Assembly: GCA_002841195.1 (NCBI GenBank)
Contig: PHEO01000001.1
Location: 1 to 58,294 of the forward strand
Source of the DNA: Alphaproteobacteria bacterium HGW-Alphaproteobacteria-11
Lineage (GTDB): Bacteria; Pseudomonadota; Alphaproteobacteria; Parvibaculales; Parvibaculaceae
Reading direction: 5' to 3'
Length of the DNA: 58,294 nucleotides
Shown here: piece by piece, positions 1 to 9,147 of the stretch
Layout of the letters: each line of letters begins with the position of its first letter
Numbering within the stretch: position 1 is the first letter of the stretch
The notes under the pieces: model-generated
What the model was told of the DNA's origin: nothing
What the model saw: the letters and a program-made list of their open reading frames with translations, nothing else
Database searches by the model: none
Made by a program: the position numbers and the translations under genes

Positions 1-1
1 C

Positions 2-394
2 CGCGCCGACGCGGTCGCCGCCTGCACGCCGCTCGTGCAGGACGCGGTCGTCTGCGGTCTCGACAAACCCTACATCGCGCTGCTCGCCTGGCCGAACATC
101 GTCGCGGCGCGCAAGATCGCGGGGCTTGCCGACGACGCCACGCCTGAAGAAGCGATCGCGCATCCGAAAGTCGCGGCGCATCTGCGCGAGGCGCTGGCGC
201 GCCACAACAAGTCGGGCGGGGGTTCCTCGACGCGGATCGCGCGCATTCACCTGATGCTGGAGCCACCTTCGATCGACGGTCACGAAATCACCGACAAGGG
301 TTATGTCAACCAGGCGGCCACGGCGTCGCGCCGCGCGCATCTCGTCGAGCGGCTTTATGCGGAGCCCGCGGCCGAAGACGTCATCGTGATCTAA
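2..394 (+). CDS. Feruloyl-CoA synthase-like acyl-CoA ligase, C-terminal part (5' truncated by window)
   Basis: Frame open from position 2; C-terminal motif PPSIDGHEITDKGYVNQ is typical of feruloyl-CoA synthetases. Confidence 0.8.
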   Translation, partial: RADAVAACTPLVQDAVVCGLDKPYIALLAWPNIVAARKIAGLADDATPEEAIAHPKVAAHLREALARHNKSGGGSSTRIARIHLMLEPPSIDGHEITDKGYVNQAATASRRAHLVERLYAEPAAEDVIVI

Positions 395-945
395 TGGCTG
401 AAACGATCCGCCCGCGCGACGTGCTCGATTTCTGGTTCGCGGCCGGACCGGAAAAATGGTTCAAGAAGAGCGACGCCTTCGACGCCGATATCCGCCGCTC
501 GTTCGGCGCGCTGCATGGCGAGGCAGCTGCCGGCAAGCATGACGGCTGGGCGGACGAGCCGCGCGGCGCGCTGGCGCTGATCCTGGTGCTCGACCAGTTC
601 TCGCGCAATCTCTGGCGCAACGACCACCGCGCCTTCGCGCAGGACGCAAAGGCGCTGGCGCTGGCCAACGAGAGCGTGCGCCGCCGCTTCGATGTCGAGA
701 CGCCTGAGACGGCGCGCAAATGGTTCTACATGCCCTATATGCATTCGGAAGACCTTGCGGCGCAGGAGCGTGGCCTCGTCTATTTCGCCGAACGTCTCGA
801 CGATCCCGAGACGATGAAATTCGCCGTCGAACATGCCGACATCATCCGCCGCTTCGGCCGCTTCCCCCATCGCAACGCCGTGCTCGGCCGCCGCACCACG
901 CCTGAGGAACAGAACTTCCTCGATGAAGGCGGCTTCTCGGGCTGA
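394..945 (+). CDS. DUF924 family protein
   Basis: VLDFWF, LVLDQFSRN, FYMPYMHSE and IIRRFGRFPHRN motifs; start overlaps upstream stop (TAATG). Confidence 0.9.
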   Translation: MAETIRPRDVLDFWFAAGPEKWFKKSDAFDADIRRSFGALHGEAAAGKHDGWADEPRGALALILVLDQFSRNLWRNDHRAFAQDAKALALANESVRRRFDVETPETARKWFYMPYMHSEDLAAQERGLVYFAERLDDPETMKFAVEHADIIRRFGRFPHRNAVLGRRTTPEEQNFLDEGGFSG

Positions 946-1016
946 CCGATTTTCTCTTGGTTCTTTTTCAGAACTGATTATATGCCGATGAGCCTTGGCC
1001 AGCGGGAGGGAAGATC

Positions 1017-1748
1017 ATGTCCATCAAAACAGCAATCATCGCGGGCGTTGGGCCGCTCAACGGGCTCGGCGCGGTCTTGTCGCGGCGTGTGGCGGGCGAA
1101 GGGCTTCATGTCTTTGTCGCCGGGCGCACGGCCGAAAAAATCGCGGCGGTGGCGGATGCGATCCGCGATGGCGGCGGCCGGGCAACGCCTGTCGTTTGCG
1201 ACGTGACGCAGGAGGCCGATGTCGTTTCGCTGTTCCGGCAGGCGGAGGAGACGGGCCCGCTCGATCTTGCGATCTACAATGCCGGCAACAACATGATCGG
1301 CAAGATCTCGGGCATGGAGGCCGACTATTTCGAGCGCTGCTGGCGCGTCTGCCTGTTCGGCGCCTTTCTCTTCGCGCGCGAGGCGGCCGATCACATGAGC
1401 CCGCGGGGCACAGGCACGCTCCTCTTTACCGGCGCATCGGCCAGCATGCGGGGCCGCGAAGGTTTCGCCGCCTTCACCGCCGCCAAGGGCGGGCTTCGCA
1501 ACTTTGCGCAAAGCGCCGCCAAGGAGCTTGGGCCGCAGGGCATCCATGTCGGTCATGTGGTGGTCGATGGCGGTATCGACGGCGAGAAGCTTCACAACAT
1601 GGTGCCGCAATATGCCGCCCAGCGCGCGCAGGAGGGGCGCCTCATCGATCTCGAAGGCATCGCCGATGCCTATGTCTATCTCCACGGCCAGAAGCCTGCC
1701 GCATGGAGCTTCGAAATCGACCTGCGCACCCATGCCGAGCCGTGGTAG
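1017..1748 (+). CDS. SDR family NAD(P)-dependent oxidoreductase
   Basis: GVGPLNGLG Rossmann loop, YNAG, FTGASAS, FxxxK variant of the catalytic motif, GIHVGHVVVDG; SD GGAGGG upstream. Confidence 0.9.
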   Translation: MSIKTAIIAGVGPLNGLGAVLSRRVAGEGLHVFVAGRTAEKIAAVADAIRDGGGRATPVVCDVTQEADVVSLFRQAEETGPLDLAIYNAGNNMIGKISGMEADYFERCWRVCLFGAFLFAREAADHMSPRGTGTLLFTGASASMRGREGFAAFTAAKGGLRNFAQSAAKELGPQGIHVGHVVVDGGIDGEKLHNMVPQYAAQRAQEGRLIDLEGIADAYVYLHGQKPAAWSFEIDLRTHAEPW

Positions 1749-1818
1749 GCGGCAGATTCCTCCCGATTCCTTAACCGGCGCGGCAAGGGCTGCCGGGGCG
1801 CTCGCGGCGAACTTTCGC

Positions 1819-1874
1819 TAACCTGTTGAAATGCAAGGAGTTCCGGGGCGGCTTCGGCTGGCCCATGGGTTGCA
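1819..1874 (+). promoter_or_regulatory. Putative sigma54 promoter (1858-1874) with upstream IHF-like site (1819-1831)
   Basis: CTGGCCCATGGGTTGCA has GG-N10-GC spacing; the minus strand of 1819-1831 reads TTTCAACAGGTTA versus IHF consensus WATCAANNNNTTR. Confidence 0.55.
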
Positions 1875-1915
1875 ATCCGTTTGGCAATCGCCTCAAGCCC
1901 AACCGGAGAGCCCCG

Positions 1916-2122
1916 ATGATCACCGACCGCGAAATCAACCTGCTGGCCGCCTATATGGTCGATACGCATGGCCGCAAGGCGCTTGCCTATGCCGACACCG
2001 CGGTCGAGGAACTTGAGGAAATCGGCGAGAAGATGCGGGCCGATGCGTGGCGGACGCTGCGTCGGGTCGTCGAGGACATGGTCGAGGGCCGGATGAGCCG
2101 CGAGGGTCATATCCTGCACTGA
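1916..2122 (+). CDS. Small hypothetical protein (68 aa)
   Basis: ATG at 1916 preceded by GGAGAG; host-like codon usage; MITDREINLLAAYMVDTHG... Confidence 0.75.
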   Translation: MITDREINLLAAYMVDTHGRKALAYADTAVEELEEIGEKMRADAWRTLRRVVEDMVEGRMSREGHILH

Positions 2123-2197
2123 CAAACTTGCCGCTTGGCGCGCGGACGCCGCGCCGGTTAAAACGGGCCTCTTGAATTCAACAGGGGGCCCGTTCTC

Positions 2198-3139
2198 ATG
2201 TCACTCGATCCACAGGCGAAAGCGATCCTCGATGCGCTGGCCGCCGATCCGGACGCGCCGCGCCTGATCGACCTGCCGCCCGCGCAGGGGCGCGAAATGT
2301 ACCGCGCCATGGCGCAGGCGATGGACCTGCAGGGCGTCGCCATCGGCAAGGTCGAGGACCGGGCGATCCCCGGGGCCGAAGGCGACATTCCCGTCCGCAT
2401 CTACACGCCTGTCGCTTCCGGCAGCACGGTGCCGGCGCTGGTTTACTTCCATGGCGGCGGCTGGGTGATCGGCGATCTCGACACGCATGACGCGCTTTGC
2501 CGCACGCTCGCCAACGAGGCGGGCTGCAAGGTGATCGCGGTCGACTACCGCCTCGCGCCCGAGCAGCCCTTTCCCGCCGCCTTCGACGATTGTCTGGCGA
2601 CCGTGAAATGGGTGGAAAAGAACGGCTCCGAAATCGGTATCGATCCCAACCGCATCGCGGTGGCGGGCGACAGCGCGGGCGGCAATCTCGCCGCCGCCGT
2701 TGCGTTGCAGGCCAAGGCCGACAAGGGCCCGCACATCGCCTTCCAGCTTCTGATCTATCCGGTGACGGACGCTCCGCGACGCACGCAGTCCTACAAGGAT
2801 TTTGCGACCGGACATTTCCTCGAAGCAGAAGGCATGGACTGGTTCTGGAATCACTACGTTGCAAGCGCGGGCGCGGATGCGGCGGATGCGCGTCATTCGC
2901 CGTTGCGCGCGGCCTCGCTTGCCGGGTTGCCGCCGGCCTATGTCGTCACCGCCGGCTTCGACGTGCTGCGCGACGAGGGCCGTGCCTATGCCGAGGCACT
3001 GAAGAAGGCGGGCGTCGCCGTCGAATATGTCAACTACGAAGGCATGATCCACGGCTTCTTCAACCTGCAGGGCGCGCTCGACGTCGCGCGCGATGCGGTG
3101 AAGGCGGCGGCCAAGGCGCTGAAGGAAGCGCTGGCCTGA
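2198..3139 (+). CDS. Alpha/beta hydrolase, HSL-family esterase/lipase
   Basis: HGGGW oxyanion motif, GDSAGG nucleophile elbow, DVLRDEG and HGF catalytic motifs. Confidence 0.93.
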   Translation: MSLDPQAKAILDALAADPDAPRLIDLPPAQGREMYRAMAQAMDLQGVAIGKVEDRAIPGAEGDIPVRIYTPVASGSTVPALVYFHGGGWVIGDLDTHDALCRTLANEAGCKVIAVDYRLAPEQPFPAAFDDCLATVKWVEKNGSEIGIDPNRIAVAGDSAGGNLAAAVALQAKADKGPHIAFQLLIYPVTDAPRRTQSYKDFATGHFLEAEGMDWFWNHYVASAGADAADARHSPLRAASLAGLPPAYVVTAGFDVLRDEGRAYAEALKKAGVAVEYVNYEGMIHGFFNLQGALDVARDAVKAAAKALKEALA

Positions 3140-3158
3140 CGCGCGGGGGGAGACGATC

Positions 3159-4748
3159 ATGCCGGCCTTGCGTGCGCCGCTCATTCATCCGTTCTCGAAT
3201 TTCGACGTGCCGCATCTGCTTGCGGTGCATGTCGCGGCGCGGGGCGCGCATCCCTTCCTGATCTGGGAGCCCTTCGAGGGCGAGGCCAAGACCTGGAGCT
3301 ATCGCGCCTTTGCGCATGAGGTGCAGGCGGTGGCCGCCGGGCTCAAGGCGCGCGGCGTCAAGGCCGGCGAGCGGGTGCTGATCCATCTCGACAATTGCCC
3401 GGAAAGCCTGATCGCCTGGTATGCCTGCGCCCATCTCGGCGCGGTCGCCGTCACCACCAATGCGCGGTCCGTCGCCGACGACCTGATCTATTTCAGCGAA
3501 CATGCGGCCGTTGTCGGCGCGATCACGCAGCCGGCTTTCGCTTCGCTCGTGGCCTCGTCCTGCAAGAACATCAAATGGCTTGCCGTCACCGAGACCGACA
3601 ATGGCGCGGCGCCGAAGGATACGAACCGTCCGCCGAAATCCGAAAGCTTCGCCGCGCTTTACGGCGATCCGGCCGACGCGCCGCTCCGCGCGCCCGATCC
3701 GATGCTCCCCGTCGGCGTTCAGTATACGTCGGGCACGACCTCGCGGCCCAAGGGCGTCGTCTGGACGCATGCCAATGCGCTGTGGGGCGCCAAGCTCTGC
3801 GCGATGCATGAGGACCTGAGACCGTCGGACGTCCATCTCACCTATCTGCCGCTCTTCCACACCAATGCGCAGTCATACTCGGTGCTGGCCGCGCTCTGGG
3901 TCGGCGCGACGGTGGTGTTGCAGCCGCGTTTTTCGGCGTCGCGCTTCTGGCCGGTCTCGACGAAACATGGCTGCACCTGGACGTCGATGGTGCCGTTCTG
4001 CGTGCGCGCGCTGATGGGCCAGGAAAAACCGAAGTCGCACAGCTACCGGCTTTGGGGCAACGGCATTTCGGCGCCGCCGACCGACGCGCATTTCGGCGTC
4101 AAGACGATCGGCTGGTGGGGCATGACCGAAACGATCACCCATGGCATTGTCGGCGACGTGCATCTGCCGAACCGGCCCATGTCGATCGGCAAACCGGCGA
4201 CTTCCTACGAAATCGCGATCCTGCGTGATGACGGCTCACCCGTCGATCCCGGCGAGACGGGCGAGCTGCTGGTGCGTGGCGTGCCGGGCTTGTCGCTCTT
4301 CGCCGAATATCTCAACAATCCGGAAGCGACCGCGAAGAGTTTCGACGAACAAGGCTATTTCATCACCGGCGACCGCGTGACGCTGGGCGAGGACGGCTTC
4401 ATTTCCTTCGCCGACCGCGACAAGGACATGCTGAAGGTCGGCGGCGAGAATGTCGCGGCCTCCGAGATCGAGCGTGTGGTGATGACGGTGCCGGGCATCC
4501 ATGAGTGCGCGGTCGTTGCCAAGCGCGATCCGATGCTCGACGAAGTGCCGGTCGCCTTCCTGCTGGTGCCGGGCGGCGAAGCGGCGGCGCCCCGCGACCT
4601 TCAGGCGCAGGTCATGGCGGCCTGCGAGAAGGGCCTTGCGGATTTCAAGCGCCCGCGCGAGATTCGGATTGTCGAATCGTTCCCGCGCTCCACGCTCGAG
4701 AAAATTGCCAAGGCCGAACTCCGCCGTCTCGTCGACGGCGCCGCCTGA
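3159..4748 (+). CDS. AMP-binding acyl-CoA ligase (CaiC-like)
   Basis: YTSGTTSRPKGV, WGMTE, TGD, DRDKDMLKVGGENV, terminal Lys motif. Confidence 0.9.
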   Translation: MPALRAPLIHPFSNFDVPHLLAVHVAARGAHPFLIWEPFEGEAKTWSYRAFAHEVQAVAAGLKARGVKAGERVLIHLDNCPESLIAWYACAHLGAVAVTTNARSVADDLIYFSEHAAVVGAITQPAFASLVASSCKNIKWLAVTETDNGAAPKDTNRPPKSESFAALYGDPADAPLRAPDPMLPVGVQYTSGTTSRPKGVVWTHANALWGAKLCAMHEDLRPSDVHLTYLPLFHTNAQSYSVLAALWVGATVVLQPRFSASRFWPVSTKHGCTWTSMVPFCVRALMGQEKPKSHSYRLWGNGISAPPTDAHFGVKTIGWWGMTETITHGIVGDVHLPNRPMSIGKPATSYEIAILRDDGSPVDPGETGELLVRGVPGLSLFAEYLNNPEATAKSFDEQGYFITGDRVTLGEDGFISFADRDKDMLKVGGENVAASEIERVVMTVPGIHECAVVAKRDPMLDEVPVAFLLVPGGEAAAPRDLQAQVMAACEKGLADFKRPREIRIVESFPRSTLEKIAKAELRRLVDGAA

Positions 4749-4803
4749 GGCCGGCGCGCATCGGGGCCTTCCGCCGCCCGGCCGAAGACCCGGAGACATC
4801 GTC

Positions 4804-6507
4804 ATGTCGCAGCGGGCGTCCGCGCCGCCGCCATCCTCGTCGCTACTCGTCCCGAAGCTCGTCACCGTGCTTCGCGAGGGCTACGGCCTTGCCGCCTTCC
4901 GCGCCGATTTCATTGCCGGTCTGACGGTCGCTATCGTCGCGCTGCCGCTCGCCATGGCGCTCGCCATCGCCAGCGGCACGACGCCCGACAAGGGTCTCAT
5001 CACCGCCGTTGTCGCCGGCTTCCTGATTTCGGCACTTGGCGGCAGCCGTTACCAGATCGGCGGGCCGACCGGCGCTTTCGTCGTCGTCGTCTTCAACGTC
5101 ATCGCGATCCACGGCTATGACGGCCTCGTCATCGCGACCGCGATGGCCGGCATCATGCTGGTCGGCGCCGGGCTGTTGCGCGTCGGCGCCTTCATCAAAT
5201 ATGTGCCGCAGCCGGTCGTCACCGGCTTCACCGCCGGCATCGCCGTTATCATCGCGGTGAGCCAGGTGAAGGACTTTCTGGGGCTGTCGCTCGAACACGA
5301 ACCGGCCGAATTTTTCGAGAAGGTCATGGCGCTCGGCGCGGCGTTGCCGGGCGTCGCGGCGCCGACGCTTGCGGTGGCGCTCGGTGCGCTCGCCGTCATT
5401 CTGCTGGTGCGGCGCTACCGTCCCGAATGGCCGGCCTTCCTGATCGCGGTCATTGTCGCTGCCGCCGCCGTCGCGGCGCTCGGCATCGAAACCGACACGA
5501 TCGGCTCGCGCTTTGCCGGGCTCGAACCCAGCTTCGCGCTGCCCGATTTCCCGCATGTGACGATGGAGCGGATCGTCACGCTATTCCCGAGCGCCTTCAC
5601 CATCGCCTTTCTGGCCGGGGTCGAGTCGCTCCTGTCGGCGATGGTCGCCGACAGCATGACCGGGCGGCGTCACCGCTCCAATTGCGAGCTCATCGCGCAG
5701 GGTATCGCCAATTGCGCCTCGGCCGGCATCGGCGGTCTGCCGGCGACCGGCGCCATCGCGCGCACCGCGACCAATATCCGCGCCGGCGCGCGCGGTCCCG
5801 TTGCCGGTATGTTGCATGCGGTCTTCATTCTGGCCTTCATGCTTTTCCTCTGGCCGCTCACCGGCTTCGTCCCGCTGGCGGCGCTCGCCGCCGTGCTGCT
5901 GGTGGTCGCCTGGAACATGAGCGAGATCGACAAGTTCCGCCATCTGATGAAGGCGCCGGCCGGCGACCGCGCCGTGTTGCTCATCACTTTCGCGCTCACG
6001 GTTGCGGTCGATCTGACGGTCGCGATCCAGGTTGGCGTGGTGCTCGCGGCGGTCCTTTTCATGCACCGCATGTCCGAGGCGGTCGAGGTGCAGGCCGATC
6101 TCAAGGTCATCGACGAAGATGTCGCCGACGACGCGCCGCATCTCCAGCGCCCGGTCGAGGAACATGAGCTGCCGCCCGGCGTCGTCTCCAGCGTCATCCG
6201 GGGACCGTTCTTTTTCGGCGTCGCGATGCGGCTCGGCGAAACGCTCGACCGCATCGGCGCGCCGCCACGGGTGCTGATCCTGCGCATGCGCGCCGTGCCG
6301 ATGATCGACGCTTCGGGCGCGTCCGCCATCGACGCGCTGATCGCGCGCTGCCGCCGTCACGGGACGCAGGTGCTGATCACCGGATTGCAGACACAGCCGC
6401 GTCTTATCCTGCGCAAGATGGGCGTCACCGCCGACCCGCTGGTCAGGCTCGTTCCCGGCATCGACGAGGCGCTGGTTCTGGCGCGCGAGATCGTGGCGGC
6501 GGATTAG
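4804..6507 (+). CDS. SulP family anion transporter with STAS domain
   Basis: AGLTVAIVALPLAMALAIASG, GGSRYQIGGPTGA, TGAIARTATN, C-terminal STAS (GPFFFG, IDASG). Confidence 0.93.
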   Translation: MSQRASAPPPSSSLLVPKLVTVLREGYGLAAFRADFIAGLTVAIVALPLAMALAIASGTTPDKGLITAVVAGFLISALGGSRYQIGGPTGAFVVVVFNVIAIHGYDGLVIATAMAGIMLVGAGLLRVGAFIKYVPQPVVTGFTAGIAVIIAVSQVKDFLGLSLEHEPAEFFEKVMALGAALPGVAAPTLAVALGALAVILLVRRYRPEWPAFLIAVIVAAAAVAALGIETDTIGSRFAGLEPSFALPDFPHVTMERIVTLFPSAFTIAFLAGVESLLSAMVADSMTGRRHRSNCELIAQGIANCASAGIGGLPATGAIARTATNIRAGARGPVAGMLHAVFILAFMLFLWPLTGFVPLAALAAVLLVVAWNMSEIDKFRHLMKAPAGDRAVLLITFALTVAVDLTVAIQVGVVLAAVLFMHRMSEAVEVQADLKVIDEDVADDAPHLQRPVEEHELPPGVVSSVIRGPFFFGVAMRLGETLDRIGAPPRVLILRMRAVPMIDASGASAIDALIARCRRHGTQVLITGLQTQPRLILRKMGVTADPLVRLVPGIDEALVLAREIVAAD

Positions 6508-8174
6508 GCGAACAGCTTCCCCGGATTCATCACGCCTTTCGGATCCATCTCGTGCTTGGCGGCTTTCAGCAGCGACATGCCGATCTCGCCTTTTTCCTCC
6601 GCCAGCCAGGGCACATGGTCGGTGCCGACGCCGTGATGATGGCTGATCGTGCCGCCGTTCATCAGGATCGCGTCGGAGGCCGCGCGTTTGATCGCCTGCC
6701 ACTGCGCGATTTCGCGGTCGATCTGGCGCGGGAAGATGAAGGTGAAATAGAGGCTCGATCCGTCGGGATAGGAATGGCTGACATGCGCCATCGCAATGCC
6801 GCGGGCATGTTGCTCGGGCATGTTGGCGCTCATCGCGCTGTCGATGGCGGCCACGACCTTCTCGTGCAGATTGGCGATGTTCGACCAGCGCGTCGAGGTT
6901 TCGAGCGTGTCGACGCCGATGCCGCGATCCATCATTGGGTCGCGGATCGCCGGCCCGTTGAAGCGGCCGTGAAACCAGCGCTTGCCGGGGCCGGTGCCCA
7001 GCGCCAGCGCGCCGAGCCGTTTGCAGATAGCTTCGGTCTGTTCCTGCGCCCAGATCACCGTATCCTTCTCGCCTTCATGGCCGATCAGCATCAGGCAGGG
7101 CGTATCGTCGAAGCCCTTCATTTTCAGATAGGCGCGTTGCAGCCTGGCCTTCAGCCCCCCCGAACCCGTCGAGGAAAAAGTCTGGAAGAAATAGGTTTCG
7201 GGCGCGTCCGACAGGCGCACCATTGCCACCGGAATTTCGGCGTGGTTGATGCGCCGCGCCGCTTCGACGCCGGCGGCGAAATTCTTGAACAGGTAGCCGC
7301 GATAATCCTTGCGCTCCGGCAGGTCGTGGATTTTCACCGTCGCCTCGCAGATGACGCCGAGCGTGCCTTCCGAACCCGCGACCAGCTGGTTGAGGTTGGG
7401 GCCGGCGGCCGAGGCCGGCGTCGCTTCCGTGGTCCAGAAACCTTTCGGCGTCGCGAGCTTCGCCGAGACAAGCCATTTCTCGGCCTTGCCGTAGCGGTTG
7501 GATTGTTGTCCAGCGCCGCGCGCCGCGATCCAGCCGCCCAGCGTCGAATATTCGAAACTCTGGGGATAGTGGCCGAGCGTCACGCCATGCGCCTGCAACT
7601 GTTCCTCAAGCGCCGGCCCGTAGATGCCGGCCTCGATGCGCGCCGTCATCGACACCTTGTCGATCTGCACGATGCGCGTCATCAGCGTCGTGTCGAGCGT
7701 CAGCACCGCGCCGCCGAGCGTTTTCGAGACCGCGTTGATGCCGCCCACCACCGACGAGCCGCCGCCATAGGGGATCAGCGCGATGCTTTCCTCGGCGCAG
7801 AGCTTGACGATTGCCAGCGCCTCCTCGGCGCCGCGCGGATAGATGACGGCGTCGGGCGCCATGTCGAGCTTTCCCGCGCGAACATAAAGCAGGTCGTGAT
7901 AGGACTTGCCGCGCGCGTGAAAAGCGCGTTCGTAGTCGTCGGTGCGGAACTGGTTGTCGCCGACAATGCCGCGCAGCTTTTCCTGCGTCGCGTTGGAAAT
8001 GCGGCATTGCGGCAGGCGAATATCAGCCAACGGCACGGCCGGCGTCAGCGGCAGCCTGCTCATGCCGAGCGTTTCCTCGATCCAGCTCCATTGGGCGGCA
8101 TCTGCGGGCAGCGGGTTCGGCTGCTTCACCGGGCCCCAGCCGTTCCAGCGCAGCGTCTGTCGGTCGATGGTCAT
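6504..8174 (-). CDS. FAD-binding oxidoreductase, alkyl-DHAP synthase-like
   Basis: PYGGGSSVVGG, GHYPQSFEYSTLGGW, GSEGTLG, HxSHSY, ISHHHGVG and MNPGK motifs. Confidence 0.88.
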   Translation of the reverse strand: MTIDRQTLRWNGWGPVKQPNPLPADAAQWSWIEETLGMSRLPLTPAVPLADIRLPQCRISNATQEKLRGIVGDNQFRTDDYERAFHARGKSYHDLLYVRAGKLDMAPDAVIYPRGAEEALAIVKLCAEESIALIPYGGGSSVVGGINAVSKTLGGAVLTLDTTLMTRIVQIDKVSMTARIEAGIYGPALEEQLQAHGVTLGHYPQSFEYSTLGGWIAARGAGQQSNRYGKAEKWLVSAKLATPKGFWTTEATPASAAGPNLNQLVAGSEGTLGVICEATVKIHDLPERKDYRGYLFKNFAAGVEAARRINHAEIPVAMVRLSDAPETYFFQTFSSTGSGGLKARLQRAYLKMKGFDDTPCLMLIGHEGEKDTVIWAQEQTEAICKRLGALALGTGPGKRWFHGRFNGPAIRDPMMDRGIGVDTLETSTRWSNIANLHEKVVAAIDSAMSANMPEQHARGIAMAHVSHSYPDGSSLYFTFIFPRQIDREIAQWQAIKRAASDAILMNGGTISHHHGVGTDHVPWLAEEKGEIGMSLLKAAKHEMDPKGVMNPGKLFA

Positions 8175-8196
8175 GTTTCTTCCCGTCTTTTCTTTT

Positions 8197-9147
8197 TCAG
8201 CAGCGCAGCGTCAGCGCCTGCGGCATGATTTCGAAACGCGCCGGCAGGCGGCCCGGCCCTTCGCCGTCGACATCGAGCAGCACCGGCTCGGCGCCCATCG
8301 GCGTCGCCATCACCCATTTGGCGCGTGTGTGGGAGACTTTCTCGCCGCCGATATGCGTGCCTTCCTTCATCGATCCGGTGCCTGTCAACAGGTCCATGAA
8401 GGTGAGGTCGCGCATCACGACGAGATCGAACAACCCGTCATCGGGTTCGGCGTCGGGCGCCATTTTCAGCCCGCTGCCGAAATAGCGTCCGTTGGCGACG
8501 GCGCCGAGGCCGATATTCAGCGTCGCGTCGAAGCCCGTATCGGTGGTGATGCGCACGGCCCGCGTCTTGTGGCGCATCGCCGTCGTCAGCGTCGCCCAGA
8601 AGAAGGCGAAATTGCCGCCCAGCATTTTCGGCCAGGTGGCGCGGTTGACGGCGCGCACCGTTTCGCCCGACAGGCCGAAGCTCGCGATATTGTCGAAATA
8701 GCGTGTCGCCTCGCTTCCGTCTTCCGAAACGAATGTCAGCTTGCCGATGTCGATCTTGCGCGCCGTGCCGGCGGCGATGCGCGCGACGCAACCTTCGGCG
8801 TCCTGCGGCAGGTCGAAGGTGCGGCGGAAGTCGCCGCCGGTGCCGGCGTTCAGAATGGCGAAATGCGCCTCCGGATTGACCGGCAATCCATTCTCGAAAA
8901 AGCCGTTGACCGCCTCGTTGATCGTGCCGTCGCCACCGACCGCGACGATGAGTTGCGCGCCGTCCTTCAGCGCGCGGCGCGTCAGCTCGGCGGCGGGCAG
9001 GAAATGCGGTGTCGAGGGCCCGCCGGTGAAATGCGCGCGGACCGGCCCCAGTTCCTTTTCGAGCGCGGCGGCGATCACGCGCCAGGCGCGGCCGGTGCGG
9101 CCGCCGCCGGAGCGCGGATTGACGATTGCGGCGATATGCGGCGTCAT
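8197..9147 (-). CDS. Diacylglycerol/lipid kinase family protein (DgkB/YegS-like)
   Basis: NPRSG, VGGDGTINE, GTGGDF, NGRYFG, DVDGE; start overlaps glpD stop (ATGA). Confidence 0.92.
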   Translation of the reverse strand: MTPHIAAIVNPRSGGGRTGRAWRVIAAALEKELGPVRAHFTGGPSTPHFLPAAELTRRALKDGAQLIVAVGGDGTINEAVNGFFENGLPVNPEAHFAILNAGTGGDFRRTFDLPQDAEGCVARIAAGTARKIDIGKLTFVSEDGSEATRYFDNIASFGLSGETVRAVNRATWPKMLGGNFAFFWATLTTAMRHKTRAVRITTDTGFDATLNIGLGAVANGRYFGSGLKMAPDAEPDDGLFDLVVMRDLTFMDLLTGTGSMKEGTHIGGEKVSHTRAKWVMATPMGAEPVLLDVDGEGPGRLPARFEIMPQALTLRC

